Virus record (IMG/VR): IMGVR_UViG_3300033984_000268
Span: 1 to 64,000 of that record
DNA length: 64,000 nucleotides
DNA from: a virus
Lineage: Duplodnaviria > Caudoviricetes
Direction: 5' to 3' (one strand)
Positions 46,402 through 56,525 of the stretch are shown piece after piece. The notes below the pieces were generated by a model, which searched no databases, had not been told where the DNA came from, and was given only the letters and a program-made list of their open reading frames with translations. The stretch's first letter is position 1. Each line of letters starts with the position of its first letter. Both the position numbers and the translations under genes were made by a program.

Positions 46402-49246
46402 GTTTAATTCCAGCTGCTTCTAAAGCGACCACATCTGCATCAGTTATATCATAAGCACCGCCAAGGTCATATACTTTTCCACCATATTCAAATGTCGTAG
46501 GCCCACCCATAGCTGAAATAACTTCACTGTTCCATCCATCAAAACGCGGTGTATCAATAGCTCCATAAGTATTACCCATGTTATTAACTTGGTCACCTCT
46601 GTTAATACCACCTTCGTTTTCACCCCATTGATTAAAATTACCAGCATCATTCATACCAGTACGAGTTGTATTCATTGCTGAATTCATTGCCATATTTTTA
46701 TCTGGTGTATTTCTATACATTTGATCAGACCAATTGCCAAAGCGTTCCATACCATCATTTGCAGCTTCATAAGCATCACCCCAACTTATTTTTAATTTAC
46801 TTTTACCAGTAACTTTTCCTTTACCTGATTTAGCTGCTTGATTTGGATCAATAGTTATATTGTCATTTTTTTGCATACTTGCAGGCAATGTTGCATTAAT
46901 TTTATTACCAGCTTCATCTACAACAGGTGCACCTGAATTCCAAACCATACTATTTGGATTTGGTGCTAATCCTTCTACAGGAATCATTCCTGTTCCATCA
47001 ATCGCTTTAGGAAGAAATCCGTATTCATTTTTATACGTCACGCCACCTAAAGCCATTTTTAAAACTTGAAGAGCATTTTGAATATCATTATCAGAAGGCC
47101 CACCCATAGCTTTTTGACCAGTATATGGATTTGCGGCATCTAATGCTTTTTGTCTTTCTTCTTCTGCTTTTACATCATCTAATTTTTTTTGATACTCATT
47201 AGCATTTTCAGTTGGTGTATCGTGAAAAGCTCTATATACACGTCCTTTTTGAGCATACGCTTCATCTGCTTTAGTTAACACAGCCGCTTTATCTGTTTTT
47301 ACTTTAGCTTCAGCCGCAGCAGTTGCAGCATCTGTTGCAGTTTTGATTTTAGCATTAGCATCAAACTGTGCAAAGTTTTGATAATCATTTGCAAATTTAG
47401 CACTAGGATGTTCTGCAGAAACTTTATTTACATCATTTGCAAAATAAGAACCAGCTAAAGCAGCACCAGTTGTTTTTCCTAACACACCATCAACAACTTT
47501 GAATTTATTATCAGTTTGATATTTTTTAATTCCGGTTGTAAGTGCATCATCCCAAACACCAGTTTCAGGTAATTTTAATGTAGCTTGAATTGCTTTTACA
47601 TCATCTGCAGGCAAAGGATTTTTTTGATCCCAATTTTGTGTACTCCAGGTGTCATGATCAACTTTTGTTCTATCTACTTTATAATCTGCAAACGTACCTT
47701 TCATCGGATCATATTGCAAATTAGTATAATCATCTGTGTATTGTTTATATTTAGTATCTTCATCATTAGCTTGATCTGCTGTAATAAAGTTGTTTGGATT
47801 ATACTTACTTGCTTGTAACGGATTACCCATTTTATCAAACTTCAATGTTTGATCACCTACCTTTTTTTCAGTTATTCCTGGTGCAGTTCCTGGCGCAGCT
47901 GGTATTGAACCTGGCGCGTTTCCAGTATTACCTGCAGTACTCCAATCTAAATCAAATGCTACTTTCTGTCTACCGAAAATACCTTTCTTTGCTTCTCCAT
48001 GGGTAACAGTAAATTTAGCATTAGGATCATTTGTCAATGGCATTCCGCTTGAATTAACTTTCATATCACCATGATCCCATCCTGAATTACTCATAAGTCG
48101 TCCAAAAGGAGATGCTTGTAATTTAGCAAGGTTTTGTTGTTCAGGTGTATTATTAAAGTATTGAGGTTGACTTGCACCAGTAGTAGTAGTTGCAGCATCT
48201 TGTACAAACTTACCACCAATCCACTTTCCTGATGCACCCTCTGCTATTGAAGGTGCAGCATCCGCAACAAATTTTCCACCAATCCATTTACCAGAAGATC
48301 CTTCTGCAACTGGAGCAGTCCACTTTGAAGATAAATCTTTTATATTTAATTGCTTTGCAGCATCTTTTTCATTAGCATTATACTCGTACATTGCAACTTG
48401 ATATTCAGCTGCTGTTTTATAATCATTTGGATTAGGACCACCGCCTGCAAATTTTGGCGCAGACTTTCCTTTTAATGATGGAAACTCATTTTCAAAATCA
48501 TTAAGTAATGCATTCTTTTTAATGCTTTTTACAAAAGCAGCTTGTCTATCTTGAATAAAACTATTAGATGTAGGATCAACTTCAGGCATACCACCACCTA
48601 ATGCTTTTTGTATTAAAGCACGAGCGTTACCACCAAAACGAGCAACTGGTGCTTGTTGTTGACCACCTTGTAATTGTTGTAAAACATAAGTACCAACTTG
48701 TTCATCAACGTCACCATTTTTAACAGCAGCCATTAATTCTTGTTGAACTTGTTCTGCAGTAGCTCCTTTTTCCATCATAGCTTGAACTTGTGCAGTCAGT
48801 TGATCCGCTTGCGTTTGCAAATCTGGAGCACCCCCTTGAGCCATACCTGGCATAGGTGGAGCACCTTGCTGTTGCTGTTGCATCATAGCCATTTCTTCAG
48901 GAGATGGTTGTCCACCTTGAGGTGCACCTTCTGCTGCTTCTTCTTGAGGATTAGATGCTTGACCTTCCATTTGCTCTTCACCTTGTCCTTGAGCTTGTTG
49001 ACCACCTTGCATAGCTTGTTGAATAGCAGCTTGTGCTTCTTCAGGTTGCATACCCATTTGAGTAAATACTTGCATGATTGCTTCTGGTGGCATTTGTTCT
49101 TGTAACAATTTTTGAGCTACTTCAACAGGTTGTGCACCTTGCTGTAACATTTGCTGAACCATTTGCATTACTTGTTGCATTTGTCCATCTTGACTTGCTT
49201 GACCTGCTTGAGGATTTGCTTGAGCGTTTGCTTCTGGATTTTCCAT
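46385..49246 (-). CDS. putative virion cargo protein with a Gln-rich N-terminus, peptidoglycan-binding domain and GG motifs
   Basis: 953 aa; Q/M-rich N-terminus; VKAIQATL...TGVWD...IKKYQ...VDGVLGKTT matches the PG_binding_1 pattern. Confidence 0.65.
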   Translation of the reverse strand: MENPEANAQANPQAGQASQDGQMQQVMQMVQQMLQQGAQPVEVAQKLLQEQMPPEAIMQVFTQMGMQPEEAQAAIQQAMQGGQQAQGQGEEQMEGQASNPQEEAAEGAPQGGQPSPEEMAMMQQQQQGAPPMPGMAQGGAPDLQTQADQLTAQVQAMMEKGATAEQVQQELMAAVKNGDVDEQVGTYVLQQLQGGQQQAPVARFGGNARALIQKALGGGMPEVDPTSNSFIQDRQAAFVKSIKKNALLNDFENEFPSLKGKSAPKFAGGGPNPNDYKTAAEYQVAMYEYNANEKDAAKQLNIKDLSSKWTAPVAEGSSGKWIGGKFVADAAPSIAEGASGKWIGGKFVQDAATTTTGASQPQYFNNTPEQQNLAKLQASPFGRLMSNSGWDHGDMKVNSSGMPLTNDPNAKFTVTHGEAKKGIFGRQKVAFDLDWSTAGNTGNAPGSIPAAPGTAPGITEKKVGDQTLKFDKMGNPLQASKYNPNNFITADQANDEDTKYKQYTDDYTNLQYDPMKGTFADYKVDRTKVDHDTWSTQNWDQKNPLPADDVKAIQATLKLPETGVWDDALTTGIKKYQTDNKFKVVDGVLGKTTGAALAGSYFANDVNKVSAEHPSAKFANDYQNFAQFDANAKIKTATDAATAAAEAKVKTDKAAVLTKADEAYAQKGRVYRAFHDTPTENANEYQKKLDDVKAEEERQKALDAANPYTGQKAMGGPSDNDIQNALQVLKMALGGVTYKNEYGFLPKAIDGTGMIPVEGLAPNPNSMVWNSGAPVVDEAGNKINATLPASMQKNDNITIDPNQAAKSGKGKVTGKSKLKISWGDAYEAANDGMERFGNWSDQMYRNTPDKNMAMNSAMNTTRTGMNDAGNFNQWGENEGGINRGDQVNNMGNTYGAIDTPRFDGWNSEVISAMGGPTTFEYGGKVYDLGGAYDITDADVVALEAAGIKLERNR
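48191..48316 (-). repeat. tandem 63-nt (21-aa) duplication AEGxSGKWIGGKFVxDAA
   Basis: Two adjacent copies are visible in the translation, with synonymous divergence in the DNA. Confidence 0.85.
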
Positions 49247-49284
49247 GTTTATAAACTTATATTTTAATATACAAAAAATAATTA

Positions 49285-49311
49285 AGAAAAGGTAACTATA
49301 AAAAAGTTACC
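49285..49311 (-). terminator. weak hairpin, possible terminator overlapping the muzzle gene stop
   Basis: GGTAACT...AGTTACC inverted repeat followed by TTTTCTT on the minus strand. Confidence 0.4.
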
Positions 49312-52300
49312 TCTCCGATACTAATAAATTACCTAACGCTAAACTAACTAGCATTTCAACATTTCCGCTTTTAATTTTACGCAATATAACTTTGTTTTCA
49401 AAGTGTCTGAATTTTTTTCGTTGCAGTTCATTTTTTTGATAATCTAAATTATTAATGTTTAGACTGCGAATATAACCATTCTCTTCTGTTTTCCATATAG
49501 TTTCATGTGCACCAGAAAATTCACCACGATCTTTAGTAATATCCCAGAACTGATTAAAACGACATTTTTGTTCTTCTTTTGAATAAAGAATATCAATGTA
49601 ATTCAAATGAACTTTTGGAAAGTTAACAATGTCCGCTAAACTGTTTTTTGGATTCAATTTTAGTTTTAATAATCCTGAACATTGTTCCGAGTTATAAATT
49701 ATAGCTTCATCAAAACCATGATCTAATACCTGATGACGATCAAAACAATTATTGTCATAAATGAATGACTCTAAATAGAATTCAACATTACGTAAAGTAG
49801 ATACAGCAAACTTACTATTCATTTGGAACTCTACTTCAAATGGATAATCTACGCCATAGAAATTACAATAACTTTGACAAGTTGTATTATGTTTCCATAT
49901 ACTTCCTTTCTTTGTTGTTAAGAATGAATTTCTACCAGTAAATGATAAATCTGGATGCCAGTCATGATATGAAATAAACTCGGCTGCTTTTGGATCAAAT
50001 GAAAGTGTCCACGAACATTCTTTAAAGTACATTGGATCTTGAACGGTTGTTGGATATTTACCATTCACTAAAAAATTTCCTTTACCTACATATACAATTG
50101 TCGTTCCTGTAGGAAGATCTTTTCTCAAATGGTAATCTTTCTTACAGAAGTACAGTAACATATACTCGTTATCATACGTAGTTTGACATCCAATTCCAGC
50201 TACAGGATTATCATTAAGATCATACGTAGGGAAATCTTCTAATAACTTATATGGTAAATATAAATTCAACCAGAACTTATTGTTTTTTAATGAAATTTCT
50301 TTCAATCCACCAGCGTATGAAAATATCTTACCTTGATTTAAGTTAATCCAATATAAACCAAATGGTGTATTAACTACAGACAATCTACTTTGACATGATC
50401 CGTATTCCATTGATTTATCTGCATTAACAATATTTTGAATATCACGTGCAAGTAATGAACCATCTCCAATAGTTAATTCATCACCATTAGAAGTTTGTAA
50501 TGTATTAACACCAGGCAATCTTCCAGGAGCTGTATTATTAAATAAAATTAATGCACCTGTTTGATCAATAGCTTTTATTGCAACTATTTCACTTTTAAAA
50601 TCTTTATTATTTAATGGAAGGAATACACTCCAGTTATCAGCTTTGTATTCTGTTAACTGCGGTAACGACCATAACAATCTACGTGGCCTGTATGTATAAC
50701 AGGATGAATACAATAGCGGATCATAATCATTTAATTGAATAGTGTTCCATGAAAATTTAGTAAAAGGTAAATATGAAACAGCAAGACTTCTATCCATTTT
50801 ATAATAGTTGTCTGTTTTAATAATGTTCATGTCAAAAATTGTTTTCAAATCAGAAACAATTGGATAATGTTTTTGAACAACTAAATCACCATAATCTCTA
50901 TAATCTAAATTGTATTCAGACTCACAATAAAAATCTTTTACACCTGAATTAAATAAATAGATGTATGCATTTTTAACTACTAGCCAACCACGAGGACCAG
51001 GTACTCTATCAAAACAATGTTTATCAGATGGTGTTACAATACTATTCCAAAATGAAGTAACAGTATTTCCATCAACAGCAGCATAAATTGCATTCGGTAA
51101 ACTTTGAATAAACTCACCAAAATCAAATGGTTCGGTGTCCATCCAGAAAGCTGTACTCTCAAACATCTGATAATTTTTATAATTAAATTCAGCACCATCC
51201 GGTTCGCCATTTAACCATCTTTGAAAATAAAAGAATGTATTTTTTTCAGAATATCTTCCAATGTATGTATCACCACCAAAAATTATTCCTGTAGATGTAT
51301 TAAAAATAGTAACTCCTCCTTGTTGTATGTAAGCATCAGTGTAATTGCTTTGTGTTGGTAATTGTTTAACACCAAACAGTTGACTATACTGATTTCTTAA
51401 TCTTGTTTTGATAGCAGTATAGTGTGATGATGCCGCGCGCGCGTATGTATTAAATACACCGCCTGATGTAAGAGATGATGCTTTTTGTCCACGCGATGTA
51501 TCAAGAATAGTTGGATTATCTATTAATTGATTAGTATTTAATACAACCATCTCTTGACGGTTTAAATGATTTATGACATGTGTAGTTAAAAAATCATGGA
51601 CACCATCATTAAGGTATCTAATAGTGCCAATATCCTTTCTTCTGTTAGTTGCTTTAGGACTAGCGAAATTTTCATAACCACACACCGCTTGAAATTGTAA
51701 TGCATGTTGTCTATATTTATTTAAAGCTTTGACCATTGTTAACAATGCATCTGCTCCTTCACCTGTATAATGTGTAAACATTTGTATTGCTGAAACAGCG
51801 CGTAATAAACCAGGACTACGATTTTGATCTTTATAAGTTATAGTTTGATTACCTGAATTTACCGCAGATCCTGAAACAGCACCAGCAATCTGACCAACTA
51901 ATTTTTTAGCAAAGTTTACATCATAGTTAGCAGACAAAAACCCCCAAGATTGACCAGTGATACCATCAAGAAATGAAGTCACATTTTCAGCAAGATTAAG
52001 TCCAGCTTCGGCACCAATAGAAATACCTGCTGTAATTTTACCTGCAACTACACCTACTGCATTTGTTGATGTACCAATAGTTACTGGTGCTTGATCAAAA
52101 TATTGATTACCACTCCATTCAACATCTTTTGTACCATTAATTTTACTAATAGCAAATCCAATACCGTAAATTATTCCTATACCAAAAGCAAGATCTGTTA
52201 CAAATTTATGTTTAGGATGATTACGAGGTTCTACAAAAGAACCATTAGAAATACCCCATTGTTCACCATAAATTTTTAATTCATCATCAACCAAAAATGG

Positions 52301-54301
52301 TTTTGAAAACATTGTATCTGGTGAATGAAATGTAAATTTATCTTTTACATATCGATTATTCGGAACATAGTTTTTAATATTTCCTTCTGCACCAAAAACA
52401 ACATTCTCATACGATGTGTTAACAGGATTGCCTGAACCATCTTTTCCTATAGAAATAAAAGGATCTGGTGTCAAATCATTGAATGGATAATTAGCATATA
52501 ATCCAGTACGAGAAGAACCGTTTAAAACTTTTGGTATATCATACTCAAACATGTTATTAATTAGTCCTTTGTACAATACAGTTTTATTTCCATTACGACT
52601 TCCACGTAAAATTTCATAACCAACAATGTTTTTAATTGGTACACCGTTATTATCTACAGGCGGCCTAACATTTTTAAATGCAACACCCATTACACGAATA
52701 GTTCTTGTACCACTTTTGTAATGATTAGTTAAATCATTAAAACCAATTCCAATTGTATTTTCTGGAAATTTATGATGTCTAATTGGTTTACCACATAAAT
52801 CAAACTTAGAACTTCCAACATCTGACCACGTGTGTGCTGAAGAGTTCCATCTTGATGGATGTTTATCATCATAAAATTCCGATGACTCATGGTAACCCAT
52901 TCTACCTTCAGCAACTAAAGTACCACCATCATCTGTAGGTACACCTAAAAAAGCTGTAACCCATGCGGTATTGTAAACCTCAAATACTTTTGGACTATAT
53001 CCAGATTCAATAATATTTGGTGTAGCTGGACACACAGCGTTTTCTAATAACGAACTACCTGCAGATGAAGAATCGGATGGTAATATATAATTACTTGCAG
53101 CACGTCCAGGAATATGGTATGAACTTGTTTTATCACCTGTATTGTAAATCCATCGAATAAAGAAAGGATAATTCTCATCTCGCATGTATCCTACATTTGT
53201 TCCACCATTTTTATAATAAGTATCAGGATACTCTACTAATTGCCAAAAAGATTCTATTTGGTTTGCTAATGGTTGGTAATTAAAATCAAATTTTTCTGTA
53301 GGACCGACGCGCATTAAGTAATTACCATTTTCATAAATAGCATCAGACTTATCAGGAACAGCTGTAACTAAAAAAAGTTCTTTTTCATCTGGTACATCTG
53401 GTAATTCTGGTGATAAAAAATCAATTGTAATAAAAGTTTGGTTTGTACTATATTGACCAAAGATTTTTGATATAGTTTTATCCGCTATAGTAGATGTAAC
53501 TACAACTTCATATTGTTCAAATCTTGTATCAAGATCAGATAAAGTTAATTCTAAAGCACTGTTTACATTTTCATGTGTGTACAATGAAACTACATTTGAC
53601 ATTACACAATAATCTGTTTTCTTTAATCCATTAACCAAATAATAAATCTGAAAAAAGTAACTTCCGTTTTTAATGCTTCCTGAACTAGGACCTTTCTTTA
53701 TTTTTAATTTTGGCGTTTTAATAAATGATTCTAATCTAATCTTATCGCAATCTAAAATTTTGCGTCCTAAAGCGTCTAGTTTATCAACACATGTAATACA
53801 TCCACCAGGTAAAGAACCATTGCTGTCAGTACATACCTGCACCCATGGAATATTTTGAATATCCATAGTTCTATCAGCATTTAAACCATCAGCCCAATAT
53901 GCTTTAAATGAACAATCAAAGGTAGGTCTTACAACACCTTTTATTAAATTAGTTTGTTTAAATGCAAGACATCCATTATTTACCAATCTTGTATATGTAC
54001 ATGTACCTTCTACAAACCTTCCAATTTCTGATTGAAAGTTATTCGTAGAAAATATCAACCATTCATCATTCACAATATGCAATGCACCAATAATAGTATA
54101 TGGAGCTTCATCACATCTTATGTTAGAAAACTCATTACTTAATTTTCCTAAATCTCCTTTGTGTGAATTGTTAATAGCGTTACGAGCATACGTCCATGCA
54201 TTTTCAGGTAGATGGAAATCATTAATGTCCGATACAAATCCAGATTCAAAAGTTTGAGATTCTTGACTTGATTGATTTATTTTTCTTTGTTTCTTTGCCA
54301 T
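49307..54301 (-). CDS. tail stabilisation/muzzle protein (P22 gp10-like, crAss Tstab)
   Basis: 1664-aa beta-rich protein; N-terminal W.YARNA..N...G.LSNE, later GGDTYIGRY, YGSCQS and WTLSFDP...ISYHDWHP; follows the ring-protein genes as in crAss-like phages. Confidence 0.75.
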   Translation of the reverse strand: MAKKQRKINQSSQESQTFESGFVSDINDFHLPENAWTYARNAINNSHKGDLGKLSNEFSNIRCDEAPYTIIGALHIVNDEWLIFSTNNFQSEIGRFVEGTCTYTRLVNNGCLAFKQTNLIKGVVRPTFDCSFKAYWADGLNADRTMDIQNIPWVQVCTDSNGSLPGGCITCVDKLDALGRKILDCDKIRLESFIKTPKLKIKKGPSSGSIKNGSYFFQIYYLVNGLKKTDYCVMSNVVSLYTHENVNSALELTLSDLDTRFEQYEVVVTSTIADKTISKIFGQYSTNQTFITIDFLSPELPDVPDEKELFLVTAVPDKSDAIYENGNYLMRVGPTEKFDFNYQPLANQIESFWQLVEYPDTYYKNGGTNVGYMRDENYPFFIRWIYNTGDKTSSYHIPGRAASNYILPSDSSSAGSSLLENAVCPATPNIIESGYSPKVFEVYNTAWVTAFLGVPTDDGGTLVAEGRMGYHESSEFYDDKHPSRWNSSAHTWSDVGSSKFDLCGKPIRHHKFPENTIGIGFNDLTNHYKSGTRTIRVMGVAFKNVRPPVDNNGVPIKNIVGYEILRGSRNGNKTVLYKGLINNMFEYDIPKVLNGSSRTGLYANYPFNDLTPDPFISIGKDGSGNPVNTSYENVVFGAEGNIKNYVPNNRYVKDKFTFHSPDTMFSKPFLVDDELKIYGEQWGISNGSFVEPRNHPKHKFVTDLAFGIGIIYGIGFAISKINGTKDVEWSGNQYFDQAPVTIGTSTNAVGVVAGKITAGISIGAEAGLNLAENVTSFLDGITGQSWGFLSANYDVNFAKKLVGQIAGAVSGSAVNSGNQTITYKDQNRSPGLLRAVSAIQMFTHYTGEGADALLTMVKALNKYRQHALQFQAVCGYENFASPKATNRRKDIGTIRYLNDGVHDFLTTHVINHLNRQEMVVLNTNQLIDNPTILDTSRGQKASSLTSGGVFNTYARAASSHYTAIKTRLRNQYSQLFGVKQLPTQSNYTDAYIQQGGVTIFNTSTGIIFGGDTYIGRYSEKNTFFYFQRWLNGEPDGAEFNYKNYQMFESTAFWMDTEPFDFGEFIQSLPNAIYAAVDGNTVTSFWNSIVTPSDKHCFDRVPGPRGWLVVKNAYIYLFNSGVKDFYCESEYNLDYRDYGDLVVQKHYPIVSDLKTIFDMNIIKTDNYYKMDRSLAVSYLPFTKFSWNTIQLNDYDPLLYSSCYTYRPRRLLWSLPQLTEYKADNWSVFLPLNNKDFKSEIVAIKAIDQTGALILFNNTAPGRLPGVNTLQTSNGDELTIGDGSLLARDIQNIVNADKSMEYGSCQSRLSVVNTPFGLYWINLNQGKIFSYAGGLKEISLKNNKFWLNLYLPYKLLEDFPTYDLNDNPVAGIGCQTTYDNEYMLLYFCKKDYHLRKDLPTGTTIVYVGKGNFLVNGKYPTTVQDPMYFKECSWTLSFDPKAAEFISYHDWHPDLSFTGRNSFLTTKKGSIWKHNTTCQSYCNFYGVDYPFEVEFQMNSKFAVSTLRNVEFYLESFIYDNNCFDRHQVLDHGFDEAIIYNSEQCSGLLKLKLNPKNSLADIVNFPKVHLNYIDILYSKEEQKCRFNQFWDITKDRGEFSGAHETIWKTEENGYIRSLNINNLDYQKNELQRKKFRHFENKVILRKIKSGNVEMLVSLALGNLLVSER

Positions 54302-54303
54302 CT

Positions 54304-55245
54304 TTAATAACTTTTAAACATGTTCCAATAATTATGATATTGAGCTTTACGATTAGTTTCCCATATCTTTCTTAACTCTCCAAAGTCTGGTGTATTAACT
54401 AATGTATTTGCATTGTTACGAGCAGCTTTAAATCTTTGTTCAACAATTTGAAATTGCATTTGTGTAACTGCTTCACCATTCATAACAGCATTTTCAAGCA
54501 CACGTTGTTTGATTGCATACTCATAATACTCATTCAACATATCATGATCAGGAACCAATAAGTTTCCTTCATCATCTTCAAGCATTCCTTGATAGTTCAA
54601 ATACAATTTTCCTGTAGGAAAAGAAGTGTAAAGAAATCCATTTTTAATATACGCTGTTGTGCTAGACATCCATTTTTTATTTGGACAATCTAAATCAACT
54701 ACATTTCCATTATCAACAATTTTTATTGCATGAAATTCAGTCCATGTTCTTGTTTCATATTTAAGTTTTTGAACAAGCATCATTGATTGACCTGTGCAAC
54801 TTAATGTTACAGAACAAGAAGTATTGCAACCACATGTTTGTGGAACTTGTCCACATGAATTACACAGACCTGCTTGAGGATTAACAACTGGTTGTGCACA
54901 TATATGAACTTCACCTGGGGGTGGTGTGTATAATCCGCCTACAGGAATGTATTCAGTGTGTGTTCCTTGAATTACAGGCTCTGTTACTTTATGATGACTT
55001 ATTACCAAAGCAAAATTTAATACATTAAAATTGTTTGGAAGTTTTGCTTTTCCTTTTTCAATTTCAAGCACTGTTTCATGTGTTTTAAAAACCTTTAACC
55101 CAAGGTCGTAATTAACACGCTTTGCAATTTTAATAAATTCTTGAGGATTGATTAAACCATCTAAATCAAAATTTCTAAAATCAGTTTGAATCTCTGCCAA
55201 TAACTGGTCGTAAGTTCTATACTTTAACTCTGTGTGTGCTGCCAT
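54304..55245 (-). CDS. tail tubular/ring protein (P22 gp4-like)
   Basis: 313 aa; YIKNGFLYTSFPTGKLYLNYQG...DDEGNLLVPD pattern; immediately before the muzzle gene. Confidence 0.7.
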   Translation of the reverse strand: MAAHTELKYRTYDQLLAEIQTDFRNFDLDGLINPQEFIKIAKRVNYDLGLKVFKTHETVLEIEKGKAKLPNNFNVLNFALVISHHKVTEPVIQGTHTEYIPVGGLYTPPPGEVHICAQPVVNPQAGLCNSCGQVPQTCGCNTSCSVTLSCTGQSMMLVQKLKYETRTWTEFHAIKIVDNGNVVDLDCPNKKWMSSTTAYIKNGFLYTSFPTGKLYLNYQGMLEDDEGNLLVPDHDMLNEYYEYAIKQRVLENAVMNGEAVTQMQFQIVEQRFKAARNNANTLVNTPDFGELRKIWETNRKAQYHNYWNMFKSY

Positions 55246-55246
55246 T

Positions 55247-55912
55247 TTATCTGATTATGTTTTGTTTATCATCTGATTGATCTACTGGAATTTTTGCCAA
55301 TGTCATTAATTCTTGTGTACTCATTTGTTCCATTTCTGCAAATAAATAATCTGGAAGATTAAATGCTTTTTCTTGCATGATTGTGCAATCATCTTTATCA
55401 CAATATCCATCTAACGAATCTTCCCACATTGCTTCAACCATTACAGCTTCCCATTCAATATCTGGAAAATATAAATACCCATTATTAAACCAAAAATAAT
55501 TAGTCTTGTTGTATTTAAAATTAGTTGAACGAACCATAGCAACATAAACAGTTGATGAAACTTGTTGAAACGTATCACTAAAATCTATTGGTCCTATGTT
55601 TCTAAAAATTGGTCCGTTGCTTCCGCTAAATACTTTTGGTAGTTTTTCTTTTGTTCTTCGAATTGTACAACCAGTTTTAATACCAGCGCAGTTTGCTTCA
55701 ATTTTATCAACTTCAATTAATTCAACAAAAGGAAGTGTTTCAAATAAAGAATCATAAACCATAAGTTTACGTTCATTATCCTGTCTTCGAATTAATGCTT
55801 TAGAGTACTTTAAAAGTATATTGTATATCAAACGATCTGTAAGAAATGCATCTTCATTTACCGCTTTAAATACGTTTCTTATTCTGGACGTTGCTTCTTG
55901 TATTGTTGTCAT
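55247..55912 (-). CDS. tail ring/adaptor protein
   Basis: 221 aa; RTKEKLP...YFWFNNGYLYFP pattern; gene order. Confidence 0.62.
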   Translation of the reverse strand: MTTIQEATSRIRNVFKAVNEDAFLTDRLIYNILLKYSKALIRRQDNERKLMVYDSLFETLPFVELIEVDKIEANCAGIKTGCTIRRTKEKLPKVFSGSNGPIFRNIGPIDFSDTFQQVSSTVYVAMVRSTNFKYNKTNYFWFNNGYLYFPDIEWEAVMVEAMWEDSLDGYCDKDDCTIMQEKAFNLPDYLFAEMEQMSTQELMTLAKIPVDQSDDKQNIIR

Positions 55913-55921
55913 AATACTTAT

Positions 55922-56401
55922 TTAAAAATTGTAACTCAATGTTAAACACCGTTGCCAATGTTTTCTGAAATACTTACTTGCTGTTCTTTTAAATTCAAGT
56001 ACCGGAGTAAATGAAAATAAGTTATTATTCTTTATTACATTTCGAACTGAACCGGTGGAATAAACAATTCTCATGTAGTGTCCATCTGTTTCCCAATTCT
56101 TATGATATACTGTTATCCCAACTTCTTTAGAACGCTTGTAATCTACTAATTTCTTTTTTGGTTTACCTGCATTATTAATACAAATCATACCTATGTTTTC
56201 TGGAAGCACTACACCATAAGTATTATTCATAGTTTCTGCTACCATATTTTTATTAAATGTTCTTGCAATCTTTATTAAATCATGCATGGTAATATCACTA
56301 TATTCAGGATGCAATTTTTTAAATTCTTTAACTTCTGCATACTCAATTACTTTTCCTTTTTGTTCTGTTACCCTTGCTTTTTTTAAATCTGGTATTTGCA
56401 T
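55922..56401 (-). CDS. IHF/HU-like DNA-binding protein (crAss-like IHF homologue)
   Basis: Basic 159-aa protein with VVLPENIGMI and FSFTP...FKR; sits between fibre and ring genes. Confidence 0.55.
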   Translation of the reverse strand: MQIPDLKKARVTEQKGKVIEYAEVKEFKKLHPEYSDITMHDLIKIARTFNKNMVAETMNNTYGVVLPENIGMICINNAGKPKKKLVDYKRSKEVGITVYHKNWETDGHYMRIVYSTGSVRNVIKNNNLFSFTPVLEFKRTASKYFRKHWQRCLTLSYNF

Positions 56402-56440
56402 AACTTATAATATAAGAATTTTAAGTCAAAAATACAAATT

Positions 56441-56477
56441 AAAAAGCAAAAAGAAACCCTCTATTGCTAGAGGGTTC
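56441..56477 (-). terminator. rho-independent terminator
   Basis: On the minus strand AACCCTCTA-gcaa-TAGAGGGTT followed by TCTTTTTGCTTTTT. Confidence 0.82.
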
Positions 56478-56485
56478 AAATACAA

Positions 56486-56525
56486 AGAGTAAAAATTGGC
56501 CCCGGATTATCCCAGGACCAACTCT
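56486..56525 (-). terminator. second hairpin/terminator in tandem
   Basis: On the minus strand TTGGTCCTGG-gataat-CCGGGGCCAA followed by TTTTT. Confidence 0.65.
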
